From assembly GCA_000002435.2 (NCBI GenBank), contig CM018792.1: DNA of 64,000 nucleotides. One strand, given 5' to 3'. The stretch comes from Giardia intestinalis (taxonomy: Eukaryota). The notes under the pieces were generated by a model, which saw nothing but the letters and a program-made list of their open reading frames with translations, had not been told where the DNA came from and did not search any database. Shown piece after piece: positions 48,008-58,116 of this stretch. Numbering within the stretch: the stretch's first letter is position 1; every line of letters begins with the position of its first letter. Made by a program: the position numbers and the translations under genes.

Positions 48008-50341
48008 ATGCAGTCAAACTTCTCTGTCTGCGTGCGCGTCCGGCCTCTTATTGAGCGGGAAATTCGAGCGAGAGAGGAGGAAGTCATTCAGATTAGCGAC
48101 GAGTCCAAAGTTATCACCATACTGGAGCCCATGATCAGTTCAACAGTGGACACCGCAGCCTACGCTAGGCATAGTTTTACTTTCAACCAGGTCTTTGGGC
48201 CAAACGTTTCCCAAGCTCAAGTATATAATCAGCAATGCAAGCAGATAATAGATTCTGTTTTCCGTGGCTTCAATGCGACAATCTTGGCTTACGGACAAAC
48301 AGGGACAGGAAAATCCTTTACCATTTCTGGAACGCCTACAGAGCCGGGTATCATACCCAGAGCAATAGAGGATATCTTCGCTAAAATACACGAGGCAAAA
48401 GACACACAGTTTCTTCTGAGAGCTTCATTTCTGCAACTGTACAAGGAGCAGCTCCAAGACTTGCTGGACACTCGCACAAAGAACTTGCGTATTAGGGAGC
48501 AGCAGACCCAAGACGGCGTTCTGATTTATGTAGATAACCTATCGGAGTTTATTGTGCGAAATCCCCAAGAATTGTTTCAGCTTCTAGAGCATGGAGGAAA
48601 AAACCGCAAAATAGGACCCACACACATGAACGTAGAGTCGTCGCGTTCACACTCCGTTTTCTCTCTCACAATAGAGCAACGTAGCACCACGTGTGATGGA
48701 GGAATCATCTTATCTAAGTTAAATATTGTGGACTTGGCTGGAAGCGAGCGCATTTCAATGACTAAGGTTAATGGAGAGAGGCTTGAGGAGACAAAGAAGA
48801 TCAACTCCAGTCTTACGGCTCTGGGGAACGTTATTGCCGCGTTAATAGATCTAGAAAAAGGCAAGAGAAGTCACATTCCATACAGAGACTCCAAGCTCAC
48901 CAAACTTCTCCAGGATTCCTTAGGTGGAAACTGTAAGACAATCTTTATAGCAAATGTCACGCCATCCAGTTCTTCTTATCAGGAAACACTCAACACACTA
49001 AAATTTGCAGACAGAGCACGGAAAATCCAGAACAAGGCACACATCAACGAGAAATTCGATTCTAAAGTCATGATAAAGCGTTACGAGAAAGAGATATTAC
49101 GTTTGCGGCAGGAACTCAAGATGCTACAGAGCTTGGAGGGAAGTCAGTTGGACGGCAATGGTCAGCTGTGCCACCAATCTACGAACATTGTTTCTACAGA
49201 TAAGTACACGGCTGATCGCACGGCCATTTACAGCGAAATAGAGTCCAAGTCAAGAGAGGTGCTTGAGGAGAAGAGCTTGATAAAGAAGCTGCAAGATCGA
49301 ATCATATTATTGGAAAGCTATTTACAGGACAACACAGGTCAGACAAGAGCAGTGTCAGATGATGCCAACGACTGGGTTGCCAAGCTGAATCAGATAGAGC
49401 TAGAGCGAAACGAGCTTCTTAATGAGAAGCGGCACATTGAGCAGTACAGAGAGATGTTGCTGAAACAGAAAGATATCATTATATCTCTGACAGGAAAGCT
49501 CGATGAAAGAGACAAACATCTTAGTGAGCTGAATGAGCAACTAGAGGAGGCCGACGATGAGCAGCAGAACATCGAGGATGAGATAGTGTATCTTCGGCGA
49601 GCAGTACGGTTCTTGGCGGGAAAGCTGAAGCTTGGTGTCATCGTCGATGGCGAGGGCAACCTTTCTGACGAGTTCTGCAGGGAAAATAAGATCAAACCCG
49701 TGAAGTTTATGCGAGAGCAGCACGTCTTCATGGACTTTACCAGCATTGGGCCCGGACCTAATGTGGGTTTAGCATCTGAATTCCTTGCTGAAATGAAGGA
49801 GCACAGCGATACCAGTACAGGATCTACCTGTGATGGACAGACATTAGAACAGGAACGAGTCGCAGGGCTCCAAGAGATTCTATTAGAAAAGCAGTTGGAG
49901 GAAGAGGAACTCCGCAACAAAATTCTGGGGCTGAATGCAGAGATAGCGGCCGCAGAAAAAACGCTTTCAGAAGGCATTGAGCAGATCATGGCCACAGAGC
50001 TTGCCGACGGGTCTGCGTCTCGGGAGTGGGGGAGTAACTTTGCAAGTACTGACTACCTGAAAGAACGAGAGCGCTATGTTCAAATCTTGAAAGAAGCCAG
50101 CCACGAAAGGAGCCTGGTTCTCAAGATCTTTACAACCAAATTAAAGCCCATGCTGGAGTATGTTGGAACACTAATCAAAAGTCCGGATTACAAAAAGAGT
50201 GTCTATAAGCAGATGCTTTCCTTTGAGAATTTTGTCCTAGGAACGTCTGAGGCACTGGTAAATTCTACAGTAGCCCAAAAGACTAATAATCTCACCGCAA
50301 TCCCCAACGCATCCGAAATTGCCCCTGAAATCCAATTGTAG
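48008..50341 (+). CDS. kinesin motor protein (N-terminal motor, C-terminal coiled coil)
   Basis: GQTGTGKSFTI (P-loop), SSRSHSVFSL (switch I) and DLAGSER (switch II). Confidence 0.9.
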   Translation: MQSNFSVCVRVRPLIEREIRAREEEVIQISDESKVITILEPMISSTVDTAAYARHSFTFNQVFGPNVSQAQVYNQQCKQIIDSVFRGFNATILAYGQTGTGKSFTISGTPTEPGIIPRAIEDIFAKIHEAKDTQFLLRASFLQLYKEQLQDLLDTRTKNLRIREQQTQDGVLIYVDNLSEFIVRNPQELFQLLEHGGKNRKIGPTHMNVESSRSHSVFSLTIEQRSTTCDGGIILSKLNIVDLAGSERISMTKVNGERLEETKKINSSLTALGNVIAALIDLEKGKRSHIPYRDSKLTKLLQDSLGGNCKTIFIANVTPSSSSYQETLNTLKFADRARKIQNKAHINEKFDSKVMIKRYEKEILRLRQELKMLQSLEGSQLDGNGQLCHQSTNIVSTDKYTADRTAIYSEIESKSREVLEEKSLIKKLQDRIILLESYLQDNTGQTRAVSDDANDWVAKLNQIELERNELLNEKRHIEQYREMLLKQKDIIISLTGKLDERDKHLSELNEQLEEADDEQQNIEDEIVYLRRAVRFLAGKLKLGVIVDGEGNLSDEFCRENKIKPVKFMREQHVFMDFTSIGPGPNVGLASEFLAEMKEHSDTSTGSTCDGQTLEQERVAGLQEILLEKQLEEEELRNKILGLNAEIAAAEKTLSEGIEQIMATELADGSASREWGSNFASTDYLKERERYVQILKEASHERSLVLKIFTTKLKPMLEYVGTLIKSPDYKKSVYKQMLSFENFVLGTSEALVNSTVAQKTNNLTAIPNASEIAPEIQL

Positions 50342-50429
50342 CTCTGCTTTCTTGTGGGCTGCTTCTAGTATAATTTCAAAAAATTATATTTGCTCCGCTT
50401 CGTAAAAAACTTCAAAATCAGGGCAAGGT

Positions 50430-51146
50430 ATGAATGTTACACCTCCGCGAGCTTTTGAGAAGAAGATGGAGCAGCAAGCGCCCATGAAGCTTGTTCCAAA
50501 AATTAAGCCGGGGACCATAACGGCTCCGAAGCCGCGTCCAGGAAAGCGAACCAGCCCGTTTGAGATTCGCGACATGCCTCCAACAGAGTTTCGTCTCTAC
50601 TATAACCGCGGAGACATCCCCGCGTCCATCCAGCACGGATCATATAATAACCGCCTCCTTTGGAAGACTGAACTTCATAATTTAGATTATCATCACTACC
50701 TTCCGCTCTTCTTCGAGGGCCTCCGTGAGCTTCAGTACCCATACAACATCGTTGCGGAGCAAGGGACGCGAGACCTTTTGATGGCAGGGGGCCAGAGGAT
50801 AGTTCCAGTCATCCCCCAGCTGATCCTCCCCATCAAGCAGGCTCTTGACACGCGCAATGAGTTTATTATCTGCCGCGTTCTCCGATGCCTGCAGCTTCTT
50901 GTAAGTTCGGACGATCTGGTTGGCCCCGCGCTAGTGCCTTACTTCCGCCAGATTCTCCCTGTGTTCAATCTGTTCTACACGAGAAACATAAACATCGGTG
51001 ACTCTATTTACTATGGTCAAAAGGAGAATAACAATATCGGCGACCTTATTATGGAAACTCTGGAACTGTTTGAGAGGAAGGGTGGCTCGGATGCACTCAT
51101 CAACATACGGTACATGGTCCCTCAGTACCAGTCCTGCATCTTGTAA
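50430..51146 (+). CDS. PACRG: PACRG (parkin co-regulated gene protein), an axonemal protein
   Basis: LDYHHYLPLFFEGL...VPVIPQLILPIKQAL...PYFRQILPVFN...NIGDLIMETLE matches PACRG along its length. Confidence 0.9.
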   Translation: MNVTPPRAFEKKMEQQAPMKLVPKIKPGTITAPKPRPGKRTSPFEIRDMPPTEFRLYYNRGDIPASIQHGSYNNRLLWKTELHNLDYHHYLPLFFEGLRELQYPYNIVAEQGTRDLLMAGGQRIVPVIPQLILPIKQALDTRNEFIICRVLRCLQLLVSSDDLVGPALVPYFRQILPVFNLFYTRNINIGDSIYYGQKENNNIGDLIMETLELFERKGGSDALINIRYMVPQYQSCIL

Positions 51147-51165
51147 ACAATTATTTCCGCCTCTT

Positions 51166-51534
51166 TTATGTGTCCTCTTGTGACCGATAGTTCTCGAGGA
51201 GCTCCAGAGTCAGTGCATGGTCTTCATCAGATTCAAACAGCAGGTCTAGGGGGTGAAGCGTGTCATAGAAGTAAAGGCGTATAATGAGGCCTAATGCCTT
51301 GAAGTTTGCAAGCGCTCCCATGCTCATCACGAAGTCCTTTTGGTACATGGGATCAATGTTTGCTTGGTTAATGAAGTAAAGCATGTTATTGCTATGCGCA
51401 ATGAAGCCTACAAACTGCTTGCAGTCATTGATTTCCATGCTGCTGCTGCACGGCACAAGGGTTACCCTGTTCTTTGTGTGCCACAGACACAGCTCTGGGA
51501 TACGCTCAAGGTCAACGAGGCACGGAATCAGCAT
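51166..51534 (-). CDS. small hypothetical protein (122 aa), possibly a longin/sedlin-like fold
   Basis: ATG at 51534 verified. Weak resemblance (QFVGFIAH...) to the TRAPPC2/sedlin region. Confidence 0.3.
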   Translation of the reverse strand: MLIPCLVDLERIPELCLWHTKNRVTLVPCSSSMEINDCKQFVGFIAHSNNMLYFINQANIDPMYQKDFVMSMGALANFKALGLIIRLYFYDTLHPLDLLFESDEDHALTLELLENYRSQEDT

Positions 51535-51554
51535 CTACGGTCGAAGAACAAGCT

Positions 51555-53183
51555 CTATAGGGGAAAGAGGACAGGGTTTTTATTTTGCATATCCATCCTG
51601 CTACTAGAAACCCCTTGGTAGAACTCAGGCGTTGCTAAAGAGCCCTGTTGGAGCTCGTGCAGACCAGCATCACTCTCTTCAACCAGTACTATTGATTTAC
51701 CTCGGCGCCCGGCTTCCTTCTGGATAGAGCAATCAGGGACGTCAAGAGGTTCATCCACCACACTGGTCACAACAGTGGACAATGCGAAAGTCGAACTGAT
51801 AGGGGCTGGTTCTTGCCGAAGGTCGTGTCTTCTATGTATAGATCCGCTAACGTCTGTGGCCGCATCAGCAGAGTAATTAGAATCGGATCGCGAATAGTGA
51901 GTGATCGGTGATAGAAGGGCCGCTAGCTCTGTACGCTTGATATATTCTGTAGCCACAGGGTTGAGCATCGCTGAATGCGGCGGAGGAGTAAATATGTGCT
52001 CAGAAGACGACGCAGGCTGCCAATCTTCAATGGACGGTTGAGCTATGAGGGAGTAAAATTGGGCAGTAGGAAGCACGCCCTCTGGAAGACCCTTGTAGGA
52101 AAAAAGATTGCAGATAGTATCCTCAACAGCAGATAGCGTGTTCCAGCCAGCAGGCAGAAGAAATGTAGTTATTTTAAAGGAAGTAAGAGAGAAAAGGAAT
52201 GCCATAAACCCGCGTAGGTCATCTAAAAGATCAGCTTCAGAAACAGGGTGCGCAAGCTTTCCTCCAAAACTCAAGAGAATGGAGTATATCACAAGGATGG
52301 TTACTGGTGAATACAAGCGGCATGGCACGTCGGAGAGCCGAGAGGCAAGGTCTTTAAAGTTAGAAAGGGAGTCACTTGTCTTGCTAGCCAACAGGAAAAG
52401 GGCTTCCGATATATTTGCCTGCTGGTCATGTAACGTACTTGTCTGCGTGGCTTGTGTAGCCTGAGATAGACGAGTTGCTGAATCTACAGACTTTGCTGGC
52501 TGATCTCTCTGCAGGGACATTACAGTCGATGGATAGAACGAGGACAGATAATATAGGGGAATAAGTGCTGCGCAGGGCGGTGCAATACTATCCATGCTCT
52601 GTGGAAGTAGGGGGATGCCACTGGTGTTAATGAGAAGATGGAATAGTGGCCAAGTTCTGCCATGGGCGACGGCTGATGGCAATCGATCAACGCGCATGGC
52701 ACCAGAATAAGTTTTTGTGGCTTGGTCGTTCATCAGTTTAAGTAGAAGGTTCTGTATATTGATCGATTGGTTATTGCAGCGCCCCTGGAAGAGGCTAGCA
52801 ATAACCTGCTCAGCGGCATATGCTTCTGTGCAAGATGCCGCATACATAGAGCAGTTTATCGCTGTGAGAAGTATGCAAGAAGTTGACTCCTCTTCTAGAG
52901 CCTGAATGGTGCTTGAATGGAGTTGTGCCTCTTGGGGACTAAGAAAAGACACAAAGCGGATAGTAACGCAGTGATTGCCAATAGTTGTCGTAGCACAGTT
53001 CAAAAACTGATCTTGGTAGATGAATGTATCCGTGAGAGACGAGTCGATGCTGGTGAACAAGGCCGTGCAGAGGTCGCGTGCGAGTCTCCACGCATCGTTA
53101 AAGAGGAAGAAGGTAAGAATGTGCTCGCTTTCCTGGTCCGAGACCCAGCTTGACGTGGCCAGCTGGGGAATACTGTCTGTCAT
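51555..53183 (-). CDS. hypothetical protein (542 aa)
   Basis: ATG at 53183 verified. No motif. Confidence 0.5.
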   Translation of the reverse strand: MTDSIPQLATSSWVSDQESEHILTFFLFNDAWRLARDLCTALFTSIDSSLTDTFIYQDQFLNCATTTIGNHCVTIRFVSFLSPQEAQLHSSTIQALEEESTSCILLTAINCSMYAASCTEAYAAEQVIASLFQGRCNNQSINIQNLLLKLMNDQATKTYSGAMRVDRLPSAVAHGRTWPLFHLLINTSGIPLLPQSMDSIAPPCAALIPLYYLSSFYPSTVMSLQRDQPAKSVDSATRLSQATQATQTSTLHDQQANISEALFLLASKTSDSLSNFKDLASRLSDVPCRLYSPVTILVIYSILLSFGGKLAHPVSEADLLDDLRGFMAFLFSLTSFKITTFLLPAGWNTLSAVEDTICNLFSYKGLPEGVLPTAQFYSLIAQPSIEDWQPASSSEHIFTPPPHSAMLNPVATEYIKRTELAALLSPITHYSRSDSNYSADAATDVSGSIHRRHDLRQEPAPISSTFALSTVVTSVVDEPLDVPDCSIQKEAGRRGKSIVLVEESDAGLHELQQGSLATPEFYQGVSSSRMDMQNKNPVLFPL

Positions 53184-53260
53184 GTGCTGTACGAGTTTGC
53201 CTTTGCATTAAAGAAATGATTTTGAATTGACTTTAGAAGGACAAATTTGAGGTGGGCTGA

Positions 53261-53698
53261 ATGTCTCGCAAAGTAACCTACGCGCCGGAGAATCTTCCAG
53301 CGAAGAACAACAACAGCGAGGCCTTCGCTGTGTGCCACATCTACGCGGGCAAGAACGACACATTCATCCATGTGACCGACCTCTCGGGCCGCGAGACCAT
53401 TGGCCGTGTGTCAGGTGGAATGAAGGTGAAGCGCCACTGTGATGAGCCATCGGCATACGCTGCAATGCAGGCCACCCAGGATCTTATCGAGATCATTACC
53501 GACCGCGGTATAACCGCCGTGCACATCAAGATCCGCGCCGACGGCGGCACGGGCAAGCGCGTCTATGGCCAGGGCGGCAGTGCTGCCATCCGCGCCCTTG
53601 TGCGCGGTGGGATCAAGATAGGGCGTATAGAAGACTCCACCCCGATACCTACAGATCGCACGCGCCACAAGGGTGGTCGCCGCGGTCGCCGTCTGTAA
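53261..53698 (+). CDS. RPS14: 40S ribosomal protein S14 (uS11)
   Basis: [36 protein letters not shown]...[16 protein letters not shown]...[26 protein letters not shown] is near-identical to eukaryotic S14. Confidence 0.9.
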   Translation: MSRKVTYAPENLPAKNNNSEAFAVCHIYAGKNDTFIHVTDLSGRETIGRVSGGMKVKRHCDEPSAYAAMQATQDLIEIITDRGITAVHIKIRADGGTGKRVYGQGGSAAIRALVRGGIKIGRIEDSTPIPTDRTRHKGGRRGRRL

Positions 53699-53759
53699 GC
53701 CAGTAAATCGGTACCGAACTCCCTCTATGTTTACATAACACGGCGCTTGTTCGTTTTGG

Positions 53760-55400
53760 TCACTCCTCCCATCCATCCAGGTTATAGTTGTCCTCTTCAT
53801 CAGAAGCGGCCTTTTTAGGAGTGCTAAGGCGCTGCATGTCTAGATCTGCAGTTAGTTGACCGCCTTTTTCTGAAGAAACCTTGTCTTGAGGGACAGAATC
53901 ACCGCGGGCTTGGTCCTGCGGATCTCTGTCAGATTCTCCATTCATCTCGGCAGCCAGATCAAAATGATCATCCTGCTCGCTCATGTTTGCCAATGACTGC
54001 GCTTCTTGTCCACTCAGATCCAATTCAGCGTTATGAGTGCGATCAGCAACCGCTGCGTCATCGACGTGAGTCTCTGCCTCGTCAAAATAGTCATCATTGT
54101 CAGGCAGACCCTCCTGCTGGGGCTCTGCAATCGTGTCATCGGCTACAATGGTCGTCTGCCTGTAGGTGTCAGTAGGGACAAATGTCCGTGTACCTGCAGC
54201 CACGGTGTACTCGTCTGCTATATATTTCTTGAGAATGGATTCTCCATCTAGCGTAAGAATAGTCTTGTTCGCCATCTGTGCGGAATACAGTGCCTCGCCA
54301 CTCTTGTCTGTAGCCATAATATCCTGTCCGGTTTCGTCGAGACTGAATGGTGAGTCATTAGGAGCTTTCTTTAGCTTCACCATCTCGTGCTTATGCTTCA
54401 GAACAATCTCATGCATGATGTTGGTTTGTCTATTGGTCAACTTATCCTTATCCAGCTGATAGGATTCATTCAGTGCCTTTCTGCCGAATTTTATCTTATT
54501 CTCAAGTATTTCTGTTTCAACCACTTGGCGAGATTGCATCTTCTTACGTAGTCGCACGATATTCTGATGGGCCTCTAGGCTTCTCTTCTCATCTTCAAGC
54601 TGTTGCTGGGCATCTGCTTCTCCCCTCTTCTTCGTAGCATCCTTATATCTTCCTGCACGTAAAAGTTGTGCCTGCGTATACCGCATATCAAGCAGCTTCG
54701 AGGAGTATTTAGGGTGAACCTCAGCGTGCTTCTTCTCTAAAGAAGCTGTGTATTCATCTAGTTCTGCCTTTTGCTTATTTGCAAGAGTCTCACGCATGTT
54801 CTTGACCTCTGCTTCGAAGTTTATCCTCCGTGTCTTATAGGCCTCTTCAAGTTCCAGCCTTTCCTCCTCAAACTGTGCTTCTACAACGCTGACTTCTAGC
54901 TCTTGCTTCCTCTTAAGGCGACCTATTCGCAGCTTCTTGTCCTCAGCAAAAACGGACACCAACTTAAGGCGAATGTTGTCGGCCCGGATATACTCCTCTG
55001 CAGCCTCTAAGTCAGCCCGTGCCTGACGCATACGCCGTATCTTATCGTGAAGTGCAAATATCTGATCATCCATTTCGTCCACATATGGAGCGGCTTCTTC
55101 AACGGCAAAGGATTCATCGTCATATTTAGCAGTTATTTCACTTATATTCGTTATGCCACCTGGTCCGTCGGTGGTATTGCCGTACGATTTGTTCTGTAAA
55201 TCATCCGATTGCTGCGATCTAGGTGCCCCGTTTTCCTGGGGTGTGCGTAGCCGCATCAATTCACAGGAGGAGCCTGGTGACTGGATTGTATACTTGTTAG
55301 CATCACTTTCAATTTGGTCTTTGGTTGTATCGAAGCCCGGGGTAACAAGGCGCGCCAGTTCAACATCGTTAGCGGCATTCTGGTACATCTTGGGAGGCAT
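53760..55400 (-). CDS. coiled-coil protein (hypothetical)
   Basis: The track start at 55508 is TTG. The first ATG at 55400 (MPPKMYQ) has attctaaaaATG upstream. Long heptad-rich middle region. Confidence 0.6.
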   Translation of the reverse strand: MPPKMYQNAANDVELARLVTPGFDTTKDQIESDANKYTIQSPGSSCELMRLRTPQENGAPRSQQSDDLQNKSYGNTTDGPGGITNISEITAKYDDESFAVEEAAPYVDEMDDQIFALHDKIRRMRQARADLEAAEEYIRADNIRLKLVSVFAEDKKLRIGRLKRKQELEVSVVEAQFEEERLELEEAYKTRRINFEAEVKNMRETLANKQKAELDEYTASLEKKHAEVHPKYSSKLLDMRYTQAQLLRAGRYKDATKKRGEADAQQQLEDEKRSLEAHQNIVRLRKKMQSRQVVETEILENKIKFGRKALNESYQLDKDKLTNRQTNIMHEIVLKHKHEMVKLKKAPNDSPFSLDETGQDIMATDKSGEALYSAQMANKTILTLDGESILKKYIADEYTVAAGTRTFVPTDTYRQTTIVADDTIAEPQQEGLPDNDDYFDEAETHVDDAAVADRTHNAELDLSGQEAQSLANMSEQDDHFDLAAEMNGESDRDPQDQARGDSVPQDKVSSEKGGQLTADLDMQRLSTPKKAASDEEDNYNLDGWEE

Positions 55401-55441
55401 ATTTTTAGAATTCCGTGGAAGTTTAATTTTTCCGCTATCGC

Positions 55442-55702
55442 ATGAAAGACGCTGGCTTTGACGTCCGGTCGACAGAAGCCACGCATTCTCCTGATGAGGA
55501 CTTCCCAAAAATGGAAAGCGGCTTTGTGAGCCTTGACCCAGAAGAGGAGAAGCTTTTGGCAGAAATTAGGACAGATCTCGAAGGTATGAAGAAGAAAGAA
55601 GCAGCTATGGAGGCGCTTCTTCAAGAGCTTGCAGCGTCTAACAAGATAACTTATGCGGCCATAGCCGCTCACTCGGGTGTTTCTGTCCCAGCTGCTCCTT
55701 AG
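55442..55702 (+). CDS. questionable small ORF (86 aa), charged and helical
   Basis: ATG at 55442. It is divergent, 41 bp from the start of the previous gene. No homology recognised. Confidence 0.3.
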   Translation: MKDAGFDVRSTEATHSPDEDFPKMESGFVSLDPEEEKLLAEIRTDLEGMKKKEAAMEALLQELAASNKITYAAIAAHSGVSVPAAP

Positions 55703-56287
55703 TGTTTTGGTACTGATGGCATTGCTCAGGTTAGGTATACGGGCATCTGCGGGCCAGTGAAAATGACTGCCATCTTCGAGATCAATCTGTGCGGAAGGTG
55801 TCGTGTAAACAGATGCATACCAGTAAAGCACATTCTTTTCGCTTCCTTAGTGCGTGAGTTTGTTGGTGAGAAGGTACGGATTCTGATGTTTCTAAGTCAG
55901 GGACACTGCTATGAGATATAGGTCTTTATCTAGATAGATGAGTGTTTTCTTGAAATCCCAGGACACTCCTGCCAGCCCTAATTGAACATATTTCAGTATT
56001 TATGCTATCAAGCGTTTTTGCCACAGTATGCTCAGAGTCTTGGTCTATCTATTAACACCCATTTACAAAGGCGCTATGTTATGAGAAATTTAAATTAGGT
56101 ATATAAGAATAGATTAAATGTATAGATAGTTAAGTACAATTGAACACAAAATTTAATTAACTTCAAGAGCTATGACAAACACACCATGAGACTCACTTAG
56201 AAGCAACCAAAAAGAAACAAAGAGGAGCATGAGCTAACTATAAGGCTTTCTATAGATGGTTCAAACGTGTAATTCTCGGTATTTAAA

Positions 56288-56911
56288 CTAAAGAGTAAGC
56301 TTAAGAAATACGAAGGCCAGGGGGTAGAAGCCGCGGCGCGAGAGCTCCGTGACCCGCGCGAGGAGCCCCTGCTTCCGGCGCTCCTGGAGCTCGGCGCCGC
56401 ACATCGCGAGGGCCTCGTAGCGCCGCCGCTCGACGGCCTGCGCGCCGGAGGGCTCTGCCTCCCGGGGCCGCGGGGGAGCCCTGGGGGCTGCGGGCCCTGC
56501 GGTGCCGGCGGCGCACCCCGCGTACAGCGAGGCCGCGAGCTCGGGCGGGAAGCGGGCGGCGTACCCGGCCTGGAACGCGTCGGCGAGGAGGCGCAGGTCG
56601 ACGCGCGGCGGGTCTGCAGGGGCCCCGGCCCGGGGGAGGAGCCGCAGCTGGCCGCGGAGGAAGCCGGCGCCCTGGTCCTCGGCCGCCCGGGCCACCCGCG
56701 CCTCCAGGCTCCGGGCAGACAGGCGCACCGTGGCGGACAGCGCGGCCTCCGTCTGCAGCATCAGGCCGACGTCCCCCCGGGGCTGGGCGGCGTAGGACTC
56801 GTAGCCGTCCCGGAGCTCGGCCAGGAGCGCCGTGACCGCCGCGTGGTCCCGGGCCTGCGCGGCCGCCTGCACCCGGGCGGAGACGCTCGCGAGGCGCGCA
56901 CGGGGCTCCAT
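56288..56911 (-). CDS. island gene A, copy 2 (207 aa; the stop lies 4 codons outside the island)
   Basis: ATG at 56909-56911. The protein is identical to the island-encoded part of copy 1 and ends ...FVFLKLTL. Confidence 0.55.
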   Translation of the reverse strand: MEPRARLASVSARVQAAAQARDHAAVTALLAELRDGYESYAAQPRGDVGLMLQTEAALSATVRLSARSLEARVARAAEDQGAGFLRGQLRLLPRAGAPADPPRVDLRLLADAFQAGYAARFPPELAASLYAGCAAGTAGPAAPRAPPRPREAEPSGAQAVERRRYEALAMCGAELQERRKQGLLARVTELSRRGFYPLAFVFLKLTL

Positions 56912-56921
56912 CGGACGGGGC

Positions 56922-56950
56922 GGAATTTTGCCGGCCGGCCAAAAATTCAC
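56922..56950. promoter_or_regulatory. palindromic spacer between divergent genes A and B, copy 2
   Basis: Same aattttgccggccggccaaaaatt element as in copy 1. Confidence 0.4.
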
Positions 56951-56953
56951 TCG

Positions 56954-58093
56954 ATGGACTGCATCGGCCGCGGCGTCCTCCTCCCCCCGGGCGGGGCGTG
57001 CTCGTGCGGGGCGCTTCTGGCGGAGCTGCAGCGGGTCTGCCCCCTCCTCGCCGCCTCCCCGGAGGTCTGCGCCGCGCCCCGGGCCCTTGTCTGCTGCCGC
57101 CAGCCCCCGTGCCTCGAGATCGCGCCGGCGCCGGCCACCCCGAGCAGCGCCGTCCGGGTCCCTGGGTCCGCGTGCACGGCTCCACCGCCCGCCGCAGGGC
57201 CCCCGGAGGCCGCCCCGGCCGAGAGCGTCCAGGTGACCCTCAGCGCCCAGCGCGAGTCGTTCGTGATGCAGACGATGCGGCAGGCGCACTACGGCGGCGG
57301 AGAGGCCCCCGCGAGGGCGGAGAGCGCCCGCCTGCCCGCCCCGCAGGCCTCGGACCCGAGGGAGGCCCGGCGGAGCCACGCGTCCCGCCCGCGGACGGCC
57401 GGCCCCCGCCTCCCCGCCTGCCCCGAGGAGCCCCCCGGCAGGGTCCAGTTCCGGGGCGCCCCCGAGGCCCCGCCCCTGCGCTGCGAGCCGGCCCCGCCCT
57501 CCGAGTTCAGCGACTTCGGGTGCGAGCTGCTCGCGGCGGGCCAGCCCGAGGACCGGCGGGTCTGCGGCGCCCCGTGGGTGGACGCGCAGGACCTGCTGAG
57601 CGACGGCTCCGAGCACAGCGAGTTCTACCGCCTCGTCGAGAGGGAGCTTGCGCGGCTTCCGGAGCCCGCGGCCCCGGCCCTCCCGGAGAGCGAGCCCTCG
57701 CTGGACGCGCTGCCCGTGCACGCCTCGCCCCGGGGCCCGCAGATCATCGAGCCCACGCCGGCCGCCCTGCAGGAGCCAGAGGAGCCCGCGCCCCCGCAGC
57801 CCCCCACGCCGGGCCGCTCCGACAGCGTCTCGGCAGACATCACGGAGTCGCTCCTCGTGGAGGGCCGGCCCCTGCCCGACCGCCCCCCGGGCCCGGAGCC
57901 GTCCGAGGGCAGCCCCGGGTACAGCGGAGAGGCCTTCGACAGCTCCGGCTCGCCCCGGGGCCTGACCGACGAGGCCGCGGGGTCTGCGGGCCTGGACGAG
58001 GAGGACCTGCTGGGGTCCGTCGGCGGGGACCTGCGGGCGCTGCTCATGGACAGCGGGTCCGGGTCGCTGTCTGCGGGGGCCTGGCCGGAGTGA
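56954..58093 (+). CDS. island gene B, copy 2 (379 aa, acidic, low complexity)
   Basis: ATG at 56954. Three amino-acid differences from copy 1 (G->E, A->V, H->R in the ASPGVCAAPRALACCH region) plus A->P near the C-terminus. The stop overlaps AGTGAAC. Confidence 0.6.
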   Translation: MDCIGRGVLLPPGGACSCGALLAELQRVCPLLAASPEVCAAPRALVCCRQPPCLEIAPAPATPSSAVRVPGSACTAPPPAAGPPEAAPAESVQVTLSAQRESFVMQTMRQAHYGGGEAPARAESARLPAPQASDPREARRSHASRPRTAGPRLPACPEEPPGRVQFRGAPEAPPLRCEPAPPSEFSDFGCELLAAGQPEDRRVCGAPWVDAQDLLSDGSEHSEFYRLVERELARLPEPAAPALPESEPSLDALPVHASPRGPQIIEPTPAALQEPEEPAPPQPPTPGRSDSVSADITESLLVEGRPLPDRPPGPEPSEGSPGYSGEAFDSSGSPRGLTDEAAGSAGLDEEDLLGSVGGDLRALLMDSGSGSLSAGAWPE

Positions 58094-58116
58094 ACTCGGG
58101 AGAGCCTTTTTATTGA

